Below, one piece after another: positions 1 to 12,255 of a DNA stretch of 64,000 bases. Source of the DNA: Macrostomum lignano. Its lineage: Eukaryota. Each line of letters starts with the position of its first letter. Positions within the stretch are counted from its first letter, which is position 1. A model generated the notes under the pieces. It made no database searches. It saw only the letters and a program-made list of their open reading frames with translations, and was not told where the DNA came from. Position numbers and translations under genes: made by a program. The stretch lies in assembly GCA_002269645.1 (NCBI GenBank), contig NIVC01000581.1:186001-250000 (forward strand), read 5' to 3'.

Positions 1-278
1 CCCACACCAATCAGCTCCATCACCCACACCAATCAGCTCCATCACCCACACCAATCAGCTCCATCACCCACACCAATCAGCTTCATCACCCACACCAATC
101 AGCTTCATCACCCACACCAATCAGCTTCATCACCCACACCAATCAGCTTCATCACCCACACCAATCAGCTTCATCACCCACACCAATCAGCTTCATCACC
201 CACACCAATCAGCTCCATCACCCACACCAATCAGCTTCATCACCCACACCAATCAGCTTCATCACCCACACCAATCAG
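1..278. repeat. 22-bp minisatellite (CCCACACCAATCAGCTYCATCA) x~12.5, in PSMG1 intron 1
   Basis: Direct tandem repeat read from the sequence; C/T variant at one position; runs off the window start. Confidence 0.97.
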
Positions 279-388
279 CATGAGTACGAGTGGTCGTTTG
301 CGTACAGTATTGGCGCACTTTTATGTGTGTCTCAGCGCTGGTTGTGTGACATAGTGTGTCGCCAAAGGCGTTGCACCCTCCCACCAAC

Positions 389-784
389 CTGCGGGTTGCA
401 CTTCAGCCGATACAAGAAGCAGCCAAAGTCCCCCAGCGCAGTCTGCCCCAGGCTGTTGGCCAGCCCAGCCTCCGGGAAGCCACAGCTGATGAGGCCCAGA
501 ATCTCAGCGTCATCGCCCAGAACGCAGGCGGTTAGGAAGCCGCAGGCGGCGGGCCCGACGCCAACCAGCAGGGTGCTGCAGTCGAGGACCCGCCGGTCCC
601 CAGCCGCCAGCTGCTGCCGAGCAGCGGGGCTGAGGCGCATCGCGCAGCTCCGGACATCGGAGGCCTTCAAACGGCCACTGTCGCCTCCTTGATCCTCGCC
701 GCCGTCCCAGTCGGAGTCCTCGGAGTCGTCAACGGCGCGGGAGAACTCAGGCAGCCGCTTGGGAAACGGGCCGTCGGCGGCCAT
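389..784 (-). CDS. PSMG1: Proteasome assembly chaperone 1 (PAC1), first coding exon; the gene continues beyond the window start
   Basis: MAADGPFPKRLPEFSRAVDDSED..CSTLLVGVGPAACGFLTACVL..FGCFLYRLKCNPQ parallels PSMG1 (MAATFFGEVVKAPCRAGTEDEE..CSKFIIAIGNNAVAFLSSFVM..AFCVFYHLKSNPS), recalled from memory. Donor CAG|GTTGGT at 389/388. Confidence 0.8.
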
Positions 785-1703
785 GGAGAAGCAAGAATTT
801 GTGGCAACTGCGGCTTGGCGAGCAAAACTGAAGCGGTTTGTTCAGTGCAACTGCCATCAGCTCTGGTGTGAGATAAAGTCAAACGAATATTAATTGTACA
901 GCAGTCTGTAAATTAACTTTGACAGCAGTCTGTAAGCTAATTTTGACAGCAGTTTGTAAACTAATCTTTATAGCACTCAGTAATAATTTTTACTAAAATA
1001 AATATAGGTTATAATTTTTAGCATATACAAATGGAAGGATTAAACTTTTTTTAAAATAAAAACCTCCTTACATAGTTACATTGTCATTGCTTCTTTTATG
1101 ATTCATAGATGACCCATCCCCCCCCCTAGTCCATTATGCTAAGCATGTAGCAGCCTAATTAGCATTAACTTAGTATGCTAGTGTGCCAAGTATGCCAGAC
1201 AAAATGCACTAGTGCACCAGGTGTGCCAGCAGTGAGTCTAAAATCTCTTAGCTGCTGACTCCAGTATTGATATAAACATTTATATAAATTTAATCCATCC
1301 CAGTCATTTTGTCCTCTGTCCAGTGCGTGCTCCCAATGCTTGAACGATTTCTTTATGCTATTTAAACTACCGTTTTGGGCTCTATCATTTTCATGCTCTT
1401 CCATCTCCTCTGTTTTCTTCTCCTTTTATGTTAAATTTGCATTGTTTTCGATTGACTACCAAGCCTATTTAGCCCAACCGCAAAGTTTATTAATTTTAGT
1501 TTAATTTCTTTATTGTAATTTAGCACCCCGGTATAGCTGCGAACCAATCTCTGTTGACAAATTAATTACCTTAACCCACCTGCTACTCATCATCAGACAC
1601 CTAGCCTTTTTTTGCTTGAATAATAATATTAATTACCATAATAAGTATGCCAATTAATTTTTTGTTGATCATTAAGCCATAGCCCATCTTGAGTTATTTG
1701 CCC

Positions 1704-3462
1704 GTGGTCCTTGTGAATCTGGACATCGCCACAACCTATCCCACAGTCGTCAGGATGGAGCTGCCAGATAATCTAACGTTTGGTGAGTTCAAACAACGAT
1801 TGTCTGAACGTTTTACGCATGTGGCCGACACGCTGGAGTACCGGGAGCAGTTCCGAAGCTGCCAGCAAGGCAAGAACGAGAGCATTGACGACTACGGCGA
1901 TCGACTAATTGCTCGGGCCGATAGAGCATTTCCGCATTTTACCCCGGTTCAGAAGCAGGCTAAACTGGTGGATCAAATTCACTGTGGGAGTGCGAATCGC
2001 TCAGTCGGCCAGAGAGCAGCTAATCCTGGTGCGACCGCAGAACCTGACCGCAGCGAGACGGGCCGTGCTACGCCTCGAGACAGCAGCTAGCCTGGCTCAG
2101 CGAGTAGCACCGCCGCCAGCAGCGAGACATGTCCGGGTTCTCGAGGATGACAACAGTTAGCCGCCCAGCAGCAGCAGCGGCAGCAACAGTCGAGTTCGCG
2201 CCCGCCGCCCTATCAGCTGCGGCGAAAAATGCAATGTGCTACAGGTGCAACCGCGAGCATCGCGCCGAAGAGTGCCCACACCGACGGTCGACCAGCACCG
2301 CGTCCCAGCGCAACGGCAGCTCGGGAAACGGGACGGCTGGACGCGCCATCGGGGGCAGCGCCATCTAGCAGCCGAGCCAGCACTAAAGTCCCCGCTGCGG
2401 ACTTTAGTCGCTCGCCAGGCCACTGCTGAGACCGCCTCCGCCGCACCTGTACAGAACCCTGCACCCAAGCGACCTCGAAGGGATCCGTTTTTAACTGATG
2501 AGATTCAAGGCCGTTATTTTGCTTTTCTGCTTGACACCGGCTCCAAGTGCGAAGTCCTAGGATTCAGCATCTGGCACCGACTATGTACCGACGACCCGAC
2601 CCTGCGTGGCCAAATCGAGCCCTGCCTGTAGCGCATCGTGACCTATAACGGAGAACCTATTCAAATGGCAGGCCAATTATCTATTAAAGTTAGAATTGGA
2701 AATTTCGAGCCTACAGTCAAGTTTCTGCTAGCGAAAGGATCGCATGACAACATCCTGGGTTTCGAGTTCCTGGAAAAGTACAGCAACTCCCTAGAGTGTG
2801 AACTCAAGTCCAGTTGAAGTTAAATTGCCAGAATCATCGCTAGTAGGTCTAGCCAAGCCAGTGCGAGCTAGAGAACTTACTATCTATCTAGCGAGATAAA
2901 TCAATCAGAGCCAGTTACCGGACGTGTCAATCAGGCGCAATCTAAAGACGAATCTTGGATTAGTGAAATTAACATTAGCGAAAAATTAACAAAGGAGCAA
3001 AGAGAGAAAGTGATTCAGCTCGTGTGAGAACACGGTGAAGCCCTTTCGCAGAATGAATTGGACATGGGCTTAACTCAGTTAGTGACGCATGAAATTTCAT
3101 TAAAAGATTAAACACCTGTTAGGATTCCGAATAGAAGGATTCCCTCTCATCCCCAGAAGCAGGTTGACGCTCAGTTAGATGACATGCTAGCTAAGAATTT
3201 AATCCGACCATGTTACTCTACGTACTCAACACCCTTGGTGATTGTATCCAAGAAGGATGGTACTAATCGCATTGTGAGTGATTTCAGAGTACTGAAGTCT
3301 AGAGTAAATTACTTCTATCTGTTGCCTAATATTCAGGAAGCATTCTCGCATTTGATGGGCAGTCAGTATTTTAGTAGCATTGATGACCTAAATTCTGGTT
3401 ATTGGCAGGTTCCAATCAAAGAAGAGCATAAATTCATGACTGCTATATTAATGAGTTATTAA
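1704..3462 (+). mobile_element. Degenerate Ty3/gypsy LTR retrotransposon: gag (capsid + zinc knuckle), protease, N-terminal RT; 3'-truncated
   Basis: Gag-like TFGEFKQRLSERF..Q..NESIDDY; zinc knuckle CYRCNREHRAEEC; protease FLLDTGS and DNILGFEFL; RT PLVIVSKKDGTNRIVSDFR..YFSSIDDLNSGYWQV. In-frame stops (2088-2090, 2629-2631) and frameshifts. TGGTCCTT PBS-like motif at ~1705. Confidence 0.9.
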
Positions 3463-3512
3463 TGAGTATATTAATGATCAATTTAATAAAGTACAGAACC
3501 CTGGTTCTGTAC

Positions 3513-4100
3513 CAGAAATATCTTTTTCAAAAATCACAAAGTATAGTATTCAAAACTTTCATTTACCTTGTACTACAAGTCAAATGTTTCACTTAATACA
3601 ATATTTTGGGCTTCTTTTTGGTAACTTATTTGATATTGAAAATGAGATTTGGTGTCTATTCTTATACCATCATTTATTCATTGATATTGTGTTTTCACCA
3701 TACAGTGATAATGCAATGAATGATGACCCTATATATTTCCAACATTTAATTGCCTATCAAATAGAAAAAGTCTTTGAATTTACCAATAATAATCCAAAAT
3801 ATAAATGTAAGCTTCATTTTATTTGTCACTATCCAGATCTATACATTCTATATATTGGTTTGTATTATCTTTGGACTATGCAAAGTGAATCACAACATCA
3901 AGTGGTAAAAATATCAGTAGAAAGTCAAGAAATTATAAAAAATATTGCATTGATATATGCTATAAAGTTTTAAGTACAAAAGGCATTGATAATTTCTAGT
4001 TATGTACTTCTTGAGTTTCAATATTCTAAACTATCACCAGTGGCACTTGATTCATTCTTGCAATATTTTGGTCAATTAAAGCTATGTGAAAAAAAAAACC
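3513..4100 (+). pseudogene. Decayed CMC/EnSpm(CACTA)-like transposase, C-terminal fragment
   Basis: KCKLHFICHYP..LWTMQSESQHQVVK..KNIA matches the animal CMC-EnSpm motif PK.HF..HYP..GPL...W.MRFE.KH..FK..KNI; AT-rich, CpG-depleted and interrupted. Confidence 0.6.
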
Positions 4101-5027
4101 ATAGAAGTCTTAGTGACATTTGTTTCTCTTCAAAAGATCATTTTTTATAGGTGTTCATTATTTAACTCCAACAGTAAATAAGAGGTTTGTTGTCTCTTCA
4201 AAAGATCATTTTTTATAGGTAGTATCTATTATTTAACTCCAACAGCTAAATAAGAGGTTTGTTGTTCTAGGTTGCTAAACAATAATAATGCCATAGAATT
4301 TTTACTTATTGACAATATATTCTAAGTCCAAAATGCATGGGTCATAGTCTGCAAGCAAGTAAAAAGTACTTTTATCTATAATCTAAATTCTTTTTATGTA
4401 TAGTTGATAATGATAGTATAGTTATAATTCAGCCTAGGGAGCATTTATTACATAAAGCAGTTCCATTAGTGCTATTAAATGGTCACCTATATGCTTCCTT
4501 AAAATATAGTTTTAATATAAATTAAAGTAGATCAAGCAATTAGTCATAAATTCTAATGTAATGATGTATGTAGAGTCTTTAGACTCTATGCAAAACAAAA
4601 GCAGTTATCTTGGTTTCTAGTATCCTCTTGTAGGGTTAATGAAGATTGTCAATGGCAGTCTGACAACACAAATATCATGGTAGCTATACTGGTTTTCTAG
4701 ATATTTCCTGCTATAAAAGATTCTAATTTGCTGCCAGTTGGTTTGGTTTACTTTTGTGTCTTACAGAGTCTATAAGAATACTTATTTCATATTTCATATT
4801 TTATCTTCTGTCTACACTTTAAGGAGTCAAAGGAGTCTTGTAGGGTAGAGTGTCTAATATATGCAGCTTATCTCAGAAGCAATGGGAAATTGGGGATAAG
4901 TTGGGAAATCATACACACACACACATAACATATACACAGCAGAAAAGTATAGAACCTTAAAAACTTATATTATTCTCCCAGCTTATAAACAGACTCTAGG
5001 TGTCGATCCCACAAACTTTCATTTTAG

Positions 5028-6348
5028 CTTCAAATTAGCAACTGTAATAAGTCATTGAAGAAGCTTATTGTAGCTTCATCTCACACTGCTCTGCTATTGC
5101 AAGGCTGTTCTAAGCTAGGAATTAATGCCATTGAAGGCATACGAATCCTGACATTAGTCCCATTGGATGGATTTGAAGTCGATGGAGATGAGTTCCTTCC
5201 TGAGCTTAGCAAGGCAAGAAGCGAGCTTTTCTTCATTGAGCCTAGCCAGTCTTTGCCTGAGCAATGCTTGTCTGGTAGAGCGGCAACATCTGGTGGAGCG
5301 GCAGTGTCTAGTGGAGTGGCAGCGTCTAGTGGAGTGGCAGCATCTGGTGGAGTGGCAGCATCTAGTGGAGCGGCAGTGTCTGGTCTAGTGGAGTGGCAGC
5401 ATCTGGTAGAGTGGCAGCATCTGGTGGAGCGGCAGCATCTGGTAGAGCAGCAGTGTCTAGTGGAGTACTAGCATTTGCCTTACTAAAGCAGATGCCTAAA
5501 ACAGCTGCAGTGCATGAGGTGGAATCTCATATCCAAATCTCAAGAATGCCATGGCCCACCATCTATTCATTGCCACCAATGCAAGATTTGGATTTAGCCC
5601 TTCAGGATCTACATTGCACTCCATCGAAAGGACCAGATTCAATGTTAAAAGGAAGCTTTGTCAATAAGTTTTTGAAATACATAATCATTGACATCTTTAA
5701 CAAGTACAAAGACAAGCATGACCTATATCTTAAGGGTCATGAGTTTGACAATGTATGCTGCTCAATTGTTGCTGCATTTCTAGGGCTGCGTGATGGATCC
5801 AGTGAAGGAGTCCAGTTTTGGTGGAAAAGGATTCATTGTAATCTTAAAGAATTAAGATCAATGATACTCAGAGTGCAGCAGTCCTGTGGTAATGGAACTC
5901 TGACGCAAGCATGGGCAGAAACGAACGAGAGTTGAGACTGAGGCCAACAAAGAAAATGATGACAATTATGACAATGACGAAGATGACAGCAAAGAAGAAC
6001 CTGCTCCAGTATTTGTTCTGCACTATCAAGAAACAACAAGAGCTTGAATTATACAAGCCATTGGCATTAGCACCCATGCTTCTTCAGGAGGCATTTTTTA
6101 TGATCAAAATATATAATTCAAAGTGCAAGTCAGACTACATCCTGCCCCATTCACCTGAAGACATTAAGTTAAATGTCTATGCTGCTCTGCATATTATATG
6201 GGACAAGCGTTTATTGATGAAGCAGTTCAAGTTGTGTAAAAGGGTTGTTGAAAGTAATGCAGAGTCCGAAGATAAAGTGCTCCAAAATGGCATCTCTTTG
6301 CTTCTTGGCTGCTTGAAGCTGGATCCAGACTTTGATTTTTTCCTCTGA
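5028..6348 (+). pseudogene. Transposon accessory ORF remnant: CIDE-N-like domain + Ala/Ser/Gly repeat + SAMD3-like region (frameshifted, with stops)
   Basis: After acceptor TTTTAG|CTT (5027): LQISNCNKSLKKLIVASS..LTLVPLDGFEVDGDEFLPEL resembles CIDE-N (FRVSNHDRSSRRGVMASS..VTLVLEEDGTVVDTEEFFQTL). Downstream WPTIYSLP..CSIVAAFLGLRDGSSEGVQFWWK is SAMD3-like. An 18-bp coding repeat at ~5279-5465 contains a frame change. Confidence 0.55.
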
Positions 6349-9300
6349 GTTGCCAATTCACATTTTGAGAAAAGAAGAGGTATGGAATAATGTGTCCATG
6401 AATGGTGCCAAGCTGCTGTTTGACAATGTTTAGGACATTGTTGTACTTGCCACATTCTCTGTTGCCTTCAATTTGCAGCACATGCCTTCTCTAGAGGCAT
6501 TTCTAGAGGCATTCGAAGTTATTTCTAACTTGCGTCAGTGTGATGCCATTTCTCGAGAGTCTGCACAGTTGCTGGTAGCAGGCTTTTGTTAGATGTGGTG
6601 CACTTGACACTCTTAAAGTAGCAGTTGAACACATTATACAATTTTGTCATCAACAAAGCTGTTAAGATTAAAATTAAAAAATAAACAAATCAACATAATA
6701 TTAATTCATATTAATTCTTAATTAATATACGAGTATAATTTCTAATTCAGTATCTTTAAAAAGCATGAATTTAAGAATAAAGAATTTTTTTGCCTTAAAT
6801 AATTTTTTATGCAATATTTGTAACTCATAAGGGAAAATTAAGGGCTGGGCTAGACCTCTGTATGGACCTTATATTGGACTTTAACATCCAGACCTTTACA
6901 AACATCTGGACCTTTAGAGGTCCGTATATAGTGACAGTGCAAACCTTTGCATATGGACCTTCTGTGGACCTTTTTGGGACCTTCTTGGTTTACAGTATAG
7001 AACTAGAAGACCAGCTGAGAAGCTATGTCAACAAGAAGTAGAATCAGCATCATCAGATGAAGAAGACCAAATCAATTGGCAATGCAAGCTCTGTGATGGA
7101 AATGAATCAGTAAGAGGAAGTGACTTAGAGATAGAAGTAAAATTAGGGAGGAAGGAAGTGAAGAAGAGAGTACACAGCATGAGAGCTCAGAGGAAGAGAT
7201 TGAGGAAAGTGAGAAGGGAGAGGATGAAGGAGAGAGGGAAAGTGAGGAGGAGGTTGCACGCAAGTGTAGTGAGTCAAAGGAGGAGATATCGCATGCTGAG
7301 CAGAGTGAAGGACAGGATGACATAATACTAGCCAAAAGGTATAACACGTACAGTCAGACCAAGCCCTCAAACAGACATCAGTGCTATCTGAAAAGTCGAG
7401 TCTCTGTGTGGAGTCTATTAGAGGGATTAACATTCTAAATATAAGGAATTGGTAGCAAGGGTAAGGCACAGAATCAAAGCAAACAAGTAAGACTTCATTG
7501 GGCAAGGGGAAGATAAGTATAACAGCCAATTAGAAGTCAGCTATTGGGAAGGCCAGGACTAGTCAAAAGGGAAATCAAGGCAGTCAGCCAATGAAAATTC
7601 AGCTTTTGTCTAAAAGAATTGATGGGCAAATTAAAACAAAAACGCCTGGGAAAGGGTGCCAAGCCTATATAAACAAGAACTCAAAGGCGAGAGAAAGTCA
7701 ATTATAGTTGTGATAACAGATATTAACCATTCTGGCTTGAATAACCATGTTGGAAAGTAAACCACTATAATGGAAGACACAATTGACATCATTGTGGATG
7801 ATGATATTCTCGACAGGATATTATGCTAATATGGAGGTAGACATTAGACAATGAGATAAAAGTGAGCTCAAGCATGAGTACGCCAATGATAGTCACTAAT
7901 GCCAGTTGCTGCGACTGCAGAAGATGCCGTGATGGCACCAACAACAATGGTGGCACTAGTAGATTTGACTGCAGAGAACAACGCCGTGATGGTGCCAACC
8001 ATGGCAGAAAGCCAAGATGTCGAGCAGCTAGTTAGGCAGCTCAAATCAGTTGTCATTAAGTATACTGCAACAGGAGAGCAGGAAGTCTAGGCAGCCAAGT
8101 GGCCAACCTTGGAGAAACAACCACTGGTGTTGCATGATCCAAAGGTGCGAGCTCAATTGCTGAGAGACAGGCCAGCAAACTGGTGCCAATTATCGTGGCC
8201 ATTATGAGGAGACAGCCACAAGGTGCGAGAAGTGCAGTTTGCATCATAAGACAGTATTGGCCGATTCAACTGAGACCACTGCCAGCAGTTATCAGGTGCC
8301 AGCCAGGGGTGACAGCTTCAGCAGTTGGCAGGTGACAACCAACGACAGCAGTGTCAGCAAATGGTTGCCTGTGATGACAATGTTAGCAGCTGCTCCGACA
8401 CAACTGGTAGACAGAACAGCAGTCTACAATTCTGAAGCAGGGTCAGCAATGGTCCCAAGATTCAGCAGCACAAGGATCAGTCAATGCTGTTTTGTCACCA
8501 GATCTCAGTTTGGGCGCCAACTTCCTGACTGTTCTAGACAAGCTCCCAAGAAGTCAACATGAGCAAATCAAGAGGTTCGTGAAGATGCTAAAGGGACATC
8601 TGATACGCATGGCCTATATGCGCACAGACTGGCCCATACCTTGCCAGTGCACTCAGGCCAAGCCAGTACTGCGATTGATGGTTCAACAGTTTGACCTTAA
8701 GTTGTGGATTGCAGTGGTACAGTACACGCTGTACAACCTGAGTCAGGTGGGCCAAACATTTCATTGCCTACTATTTCACATTAAGGTCTGGTGGATGGCT
8801 GATCAGCTTAGCTGACCATTTTAATGACCAGCTCCCAGACAAGTTTGAACTGGAACATAACTAAGTAAATTAGATTATTATTAACTATGAACTTTTGCAT
8901 TAGCATGCTATAATACTATACTTATGCCTTGTGCATTTTATAAAATTTATCCTATGCTTATTTCATTTGCATAGTTTCATATGACTCTGCAAATTACATG
9001 CTTATTCTGTTTATTTTTATGTTGCTTAATTTCATGTGACCATAAGAATATGCTTATCTTTGCATGAATTTTACTTGTATGTTACACCTATGCTTTTGCA
9101 AGCTCCAAGCCTATGTGAACTTTGCAAACTTTATTTGATGTGAACTTACTTTTATTTGTGAACCCAGTGAACTATATGTTTTTTTATGTTAATAGTCTGC
9201 TATTTCTTTGTGACCATTATATTGCTCAGTTTTTGATCCTTATGTATTGTGTTTTCTTTCATCATATATTTTATTATTTTGTTCACTTAATAATTTGCAA

Positions 9301-12255
9301 AATAATATTCAGGGAAACCCAATTGGATTGGTGTATTTTATTTTAAGAAATATTAGTATTTTATTACCAAGTCAAATTCCTACCAAAAATATCATATACA
9401 CATTATTTGTTTAAATGCACTAGTTGTTTTAACAAAGTAATTTTGTTTTAGTGAATTGAATTAATTTGTTTTAGTAAAGTCTTTGTTTAAATGAAGGTAG
9501 AGCTAGCTAATGGAAAGAAAGATTTGTCAGTATAAATTTAAGACAAAAACTAAGGAACTTTCTTTAACCTTCTTTTTGGTTCACTATTTTGATAACCTAG
9601 AAATTAAGATTTCTCTGGTTTCACTGTCTTAGTTCTTTATAGTAGGATTGCAAGAATAGAAAGGCCCTGTTGGATAGAAAGAGGCATTTTGATAGATCAG
9701 TTAAGCAGGTGACTGTCGAACAAATGTGTTTTTCAGAATAAAAGAGGATTGATTGCCCAATGAGAAGGGGGGATTCCCATAGTAAATCTAAGCTATTGTA
9801 GCTAGAAGCATGATACAATGTTAAGTTATGAGACTGTACTAAGCTGGAAACCCTTCAGTCTATGGTAATAGTCTGACCTCGGGGAGCTCAGGGAGCACCT
9901 TGGGGAGCTTGTCGGGGAATACTCCCTGGGGAATTGGACCGGGGACACTAGGGAGAAAAAAAATTAAAAACTGCGCCGTGATAAATCATTTGTAACTTAA
10001 TTTTTGCCATTTAAATAAGAAAATGATTCACAGAAAGCTGATAACTGCATAACTGCTTATTTCACTGTATTATTTCAAACACAACCCATGTTTGAATGTT
10101 TTTTCACTAGGAGTCTTCAATCAGCATAGAAAAAGAAACCCGTCAGGAAAAATAAGCCTTACTGACTACTGTGCTAGGCCTAATCCTATATCAGTCACTG
10201 ATCTGACATATAGGGGGGGGTCAGGGGTGTTATACAATAACAAAATACTCCTTATTAGACAAGGACAAAATGCAAGAAATAAAAATTCCAATTATAAAAA
10301 CAATCTCATTCATTAATTATACTAAAAAAGTATCACTCACACTGTCACTTTTTAACAGCACTATTTTGCACCAAATATGAATTTCAGCTTCACCTTTGCT
10401 TGCGTTGCATGCCTCTGGAGTCTGAACTCTTTTTTTAACAAAGGTGAGTGCACAATTTAGTAATATGATGCCCCACGTTGTCAAATAGACTTTTTAAATA
10501 AATATTGTCCAAAGTTTTGACTTTTTACCCTTGAGCAGTTTGCGCCATGAACATGTAGTCCTAACCTTAAATCAAAGTTTAAAAATGCCACTTAAGATCT
10601 AAGTTATCTGCCTTTTTTTACTTATCTTTTTCTTTTCCCTGGGGTCCCCAATAAGAAGATTCCCCAGGGAATCGACATCCCTAGTGATTAGTAATCAGCA
10701 GTGTCTTGCCGTTTGGGCACTGAAGCTACCAAAGTAACTTGTACTGACGATAGCCCATATATATGCATATAAGATAAAAATAATAAAATCATTTAAACAA
10801 GGAAGAAGTAGGCCTGCTACAACTAAAAGCAGACAAACTTCACATGCTTAGTTTCTATTTTAACTGAGTTATAAAATTGAGACTTTAAATTTAGATAAAG
10901 AATAAAAAGTCAAAGAAAAATTGTATCAAGTTTGAAGTCAATTGCTTCATATGAAGCAAACTTATAGTAGCCAAAAGTTAGTCAATTATAAACCCCTGTC
11001 ATATCTAGCCAGATAAGGAAAGGAGAGGTAGAAGTTAGGATGGTTGCTTTGTTGACAAAAAACAGACTAACTTTAAAAGTGTACCATGCAATTTAGGATT
11101 AGGCCTAACTTAGAGACTTGAAATTTTATACAATTTTGTCAAAATAGTTAAACATTATATCAAATTTATAGGCCTATTCAATTTTATAGGCCTAATGCTA
11201 GACTAGAGTAGCACTAGCCACTATGAAAAATTAAGACAAATAAAAATTCTACTTTTTAACATTTTTGTTTGAATTTTACTTGTAGGTAAAAGAAGACATA
11301 TATAGGAAATTTTAAGGTAGCCTAAGATATTCTCCATAGTAAGTTAGGCCTTACTATATGTGTAAAATTTGGTATTATTTGCCAAATTTGGTTGAGCAAT
11401 TTGGGAGTCTATACCATAGGCTTAGCAAAAGCATAGGCCTATCCATAGTTGCTATAATATAAGCATCTATTTTATTATATTTGCCATAAGATCTCATAGC
11501 CATAGCCATAGATATGGTGGAACACTATTTTTAACTTTGTCTAATTGAAATTAAATATCAAAATCATTAGTCTAGAGTAATAGGTACTTGTTATTTACCA
11601 TGTAAATAGTGCTAGTGTTATTTATATGATAACTGAAATAAATACCTTATAAATCAAAATTGACAAATTTAGACTAGAGTTTTGCATAAAACTAAAAGTT
11701 TGTTTTATTCCAAGGTAAATACAGTGTTCTAAACTATTACTGTAAGTATAAAAAGGAAATAGAAAAATAATTTTTATTATTTAAAAATAGTGACAAGCAA
11801 TAGAAAGTTATAAGTAGAAAAAATAGTTTTCATTTTTATAGGAATTACAGGTAGAGTTTTCATTTTTTTCCTATAAATTTACTGTGTTGTTTGTTTAAAA
11901 GTACAATGATATACAAAGCAATAAAAATTAAAAAAGGGTTCATTCATCAGGGTTCATTATTATGTTACATGTTATATTACATACATTATACATATTATAT
12001 TATATTTATTTTATCTATATAGGTTTGATCAGGGTTTTTTCATTTGAAAATATGTGCCATGGCACCTCGCCCTTAAAAATGTGCTATTTTGAAACTCAAT
12101 GTGCCCATAACACATTTTTAAATTGTTTACTTGTTTACTTGCCTTTATTGTATTTAAAAAGAAAAGAGCATATTTTACTTTTTTAATTTTTGTTGCTTTG
12201 CACGTCGTTGTACTTTTGAACAAACAAACAAGAAAATGTACATAGGAAAAATAAA

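Noticed and set aside
7030-8860. Acidic ORF remnants, a CCAAT/TATA segment (~7520-7680) and short ORFs suggestive of a decayed LTR element
   Set aside because: No diagnostic gag, protease or RT motif could be assigned with confidence.
9870-10700. Loosely inverted CCCTGGGGA-rich segments, and CACTGTCAC (10340) versus GTGACAGTG (6931) as CACTA-type termini
   Set aside because: Matches are short or degenerate, the termini face outward, and no TSD could be defined.
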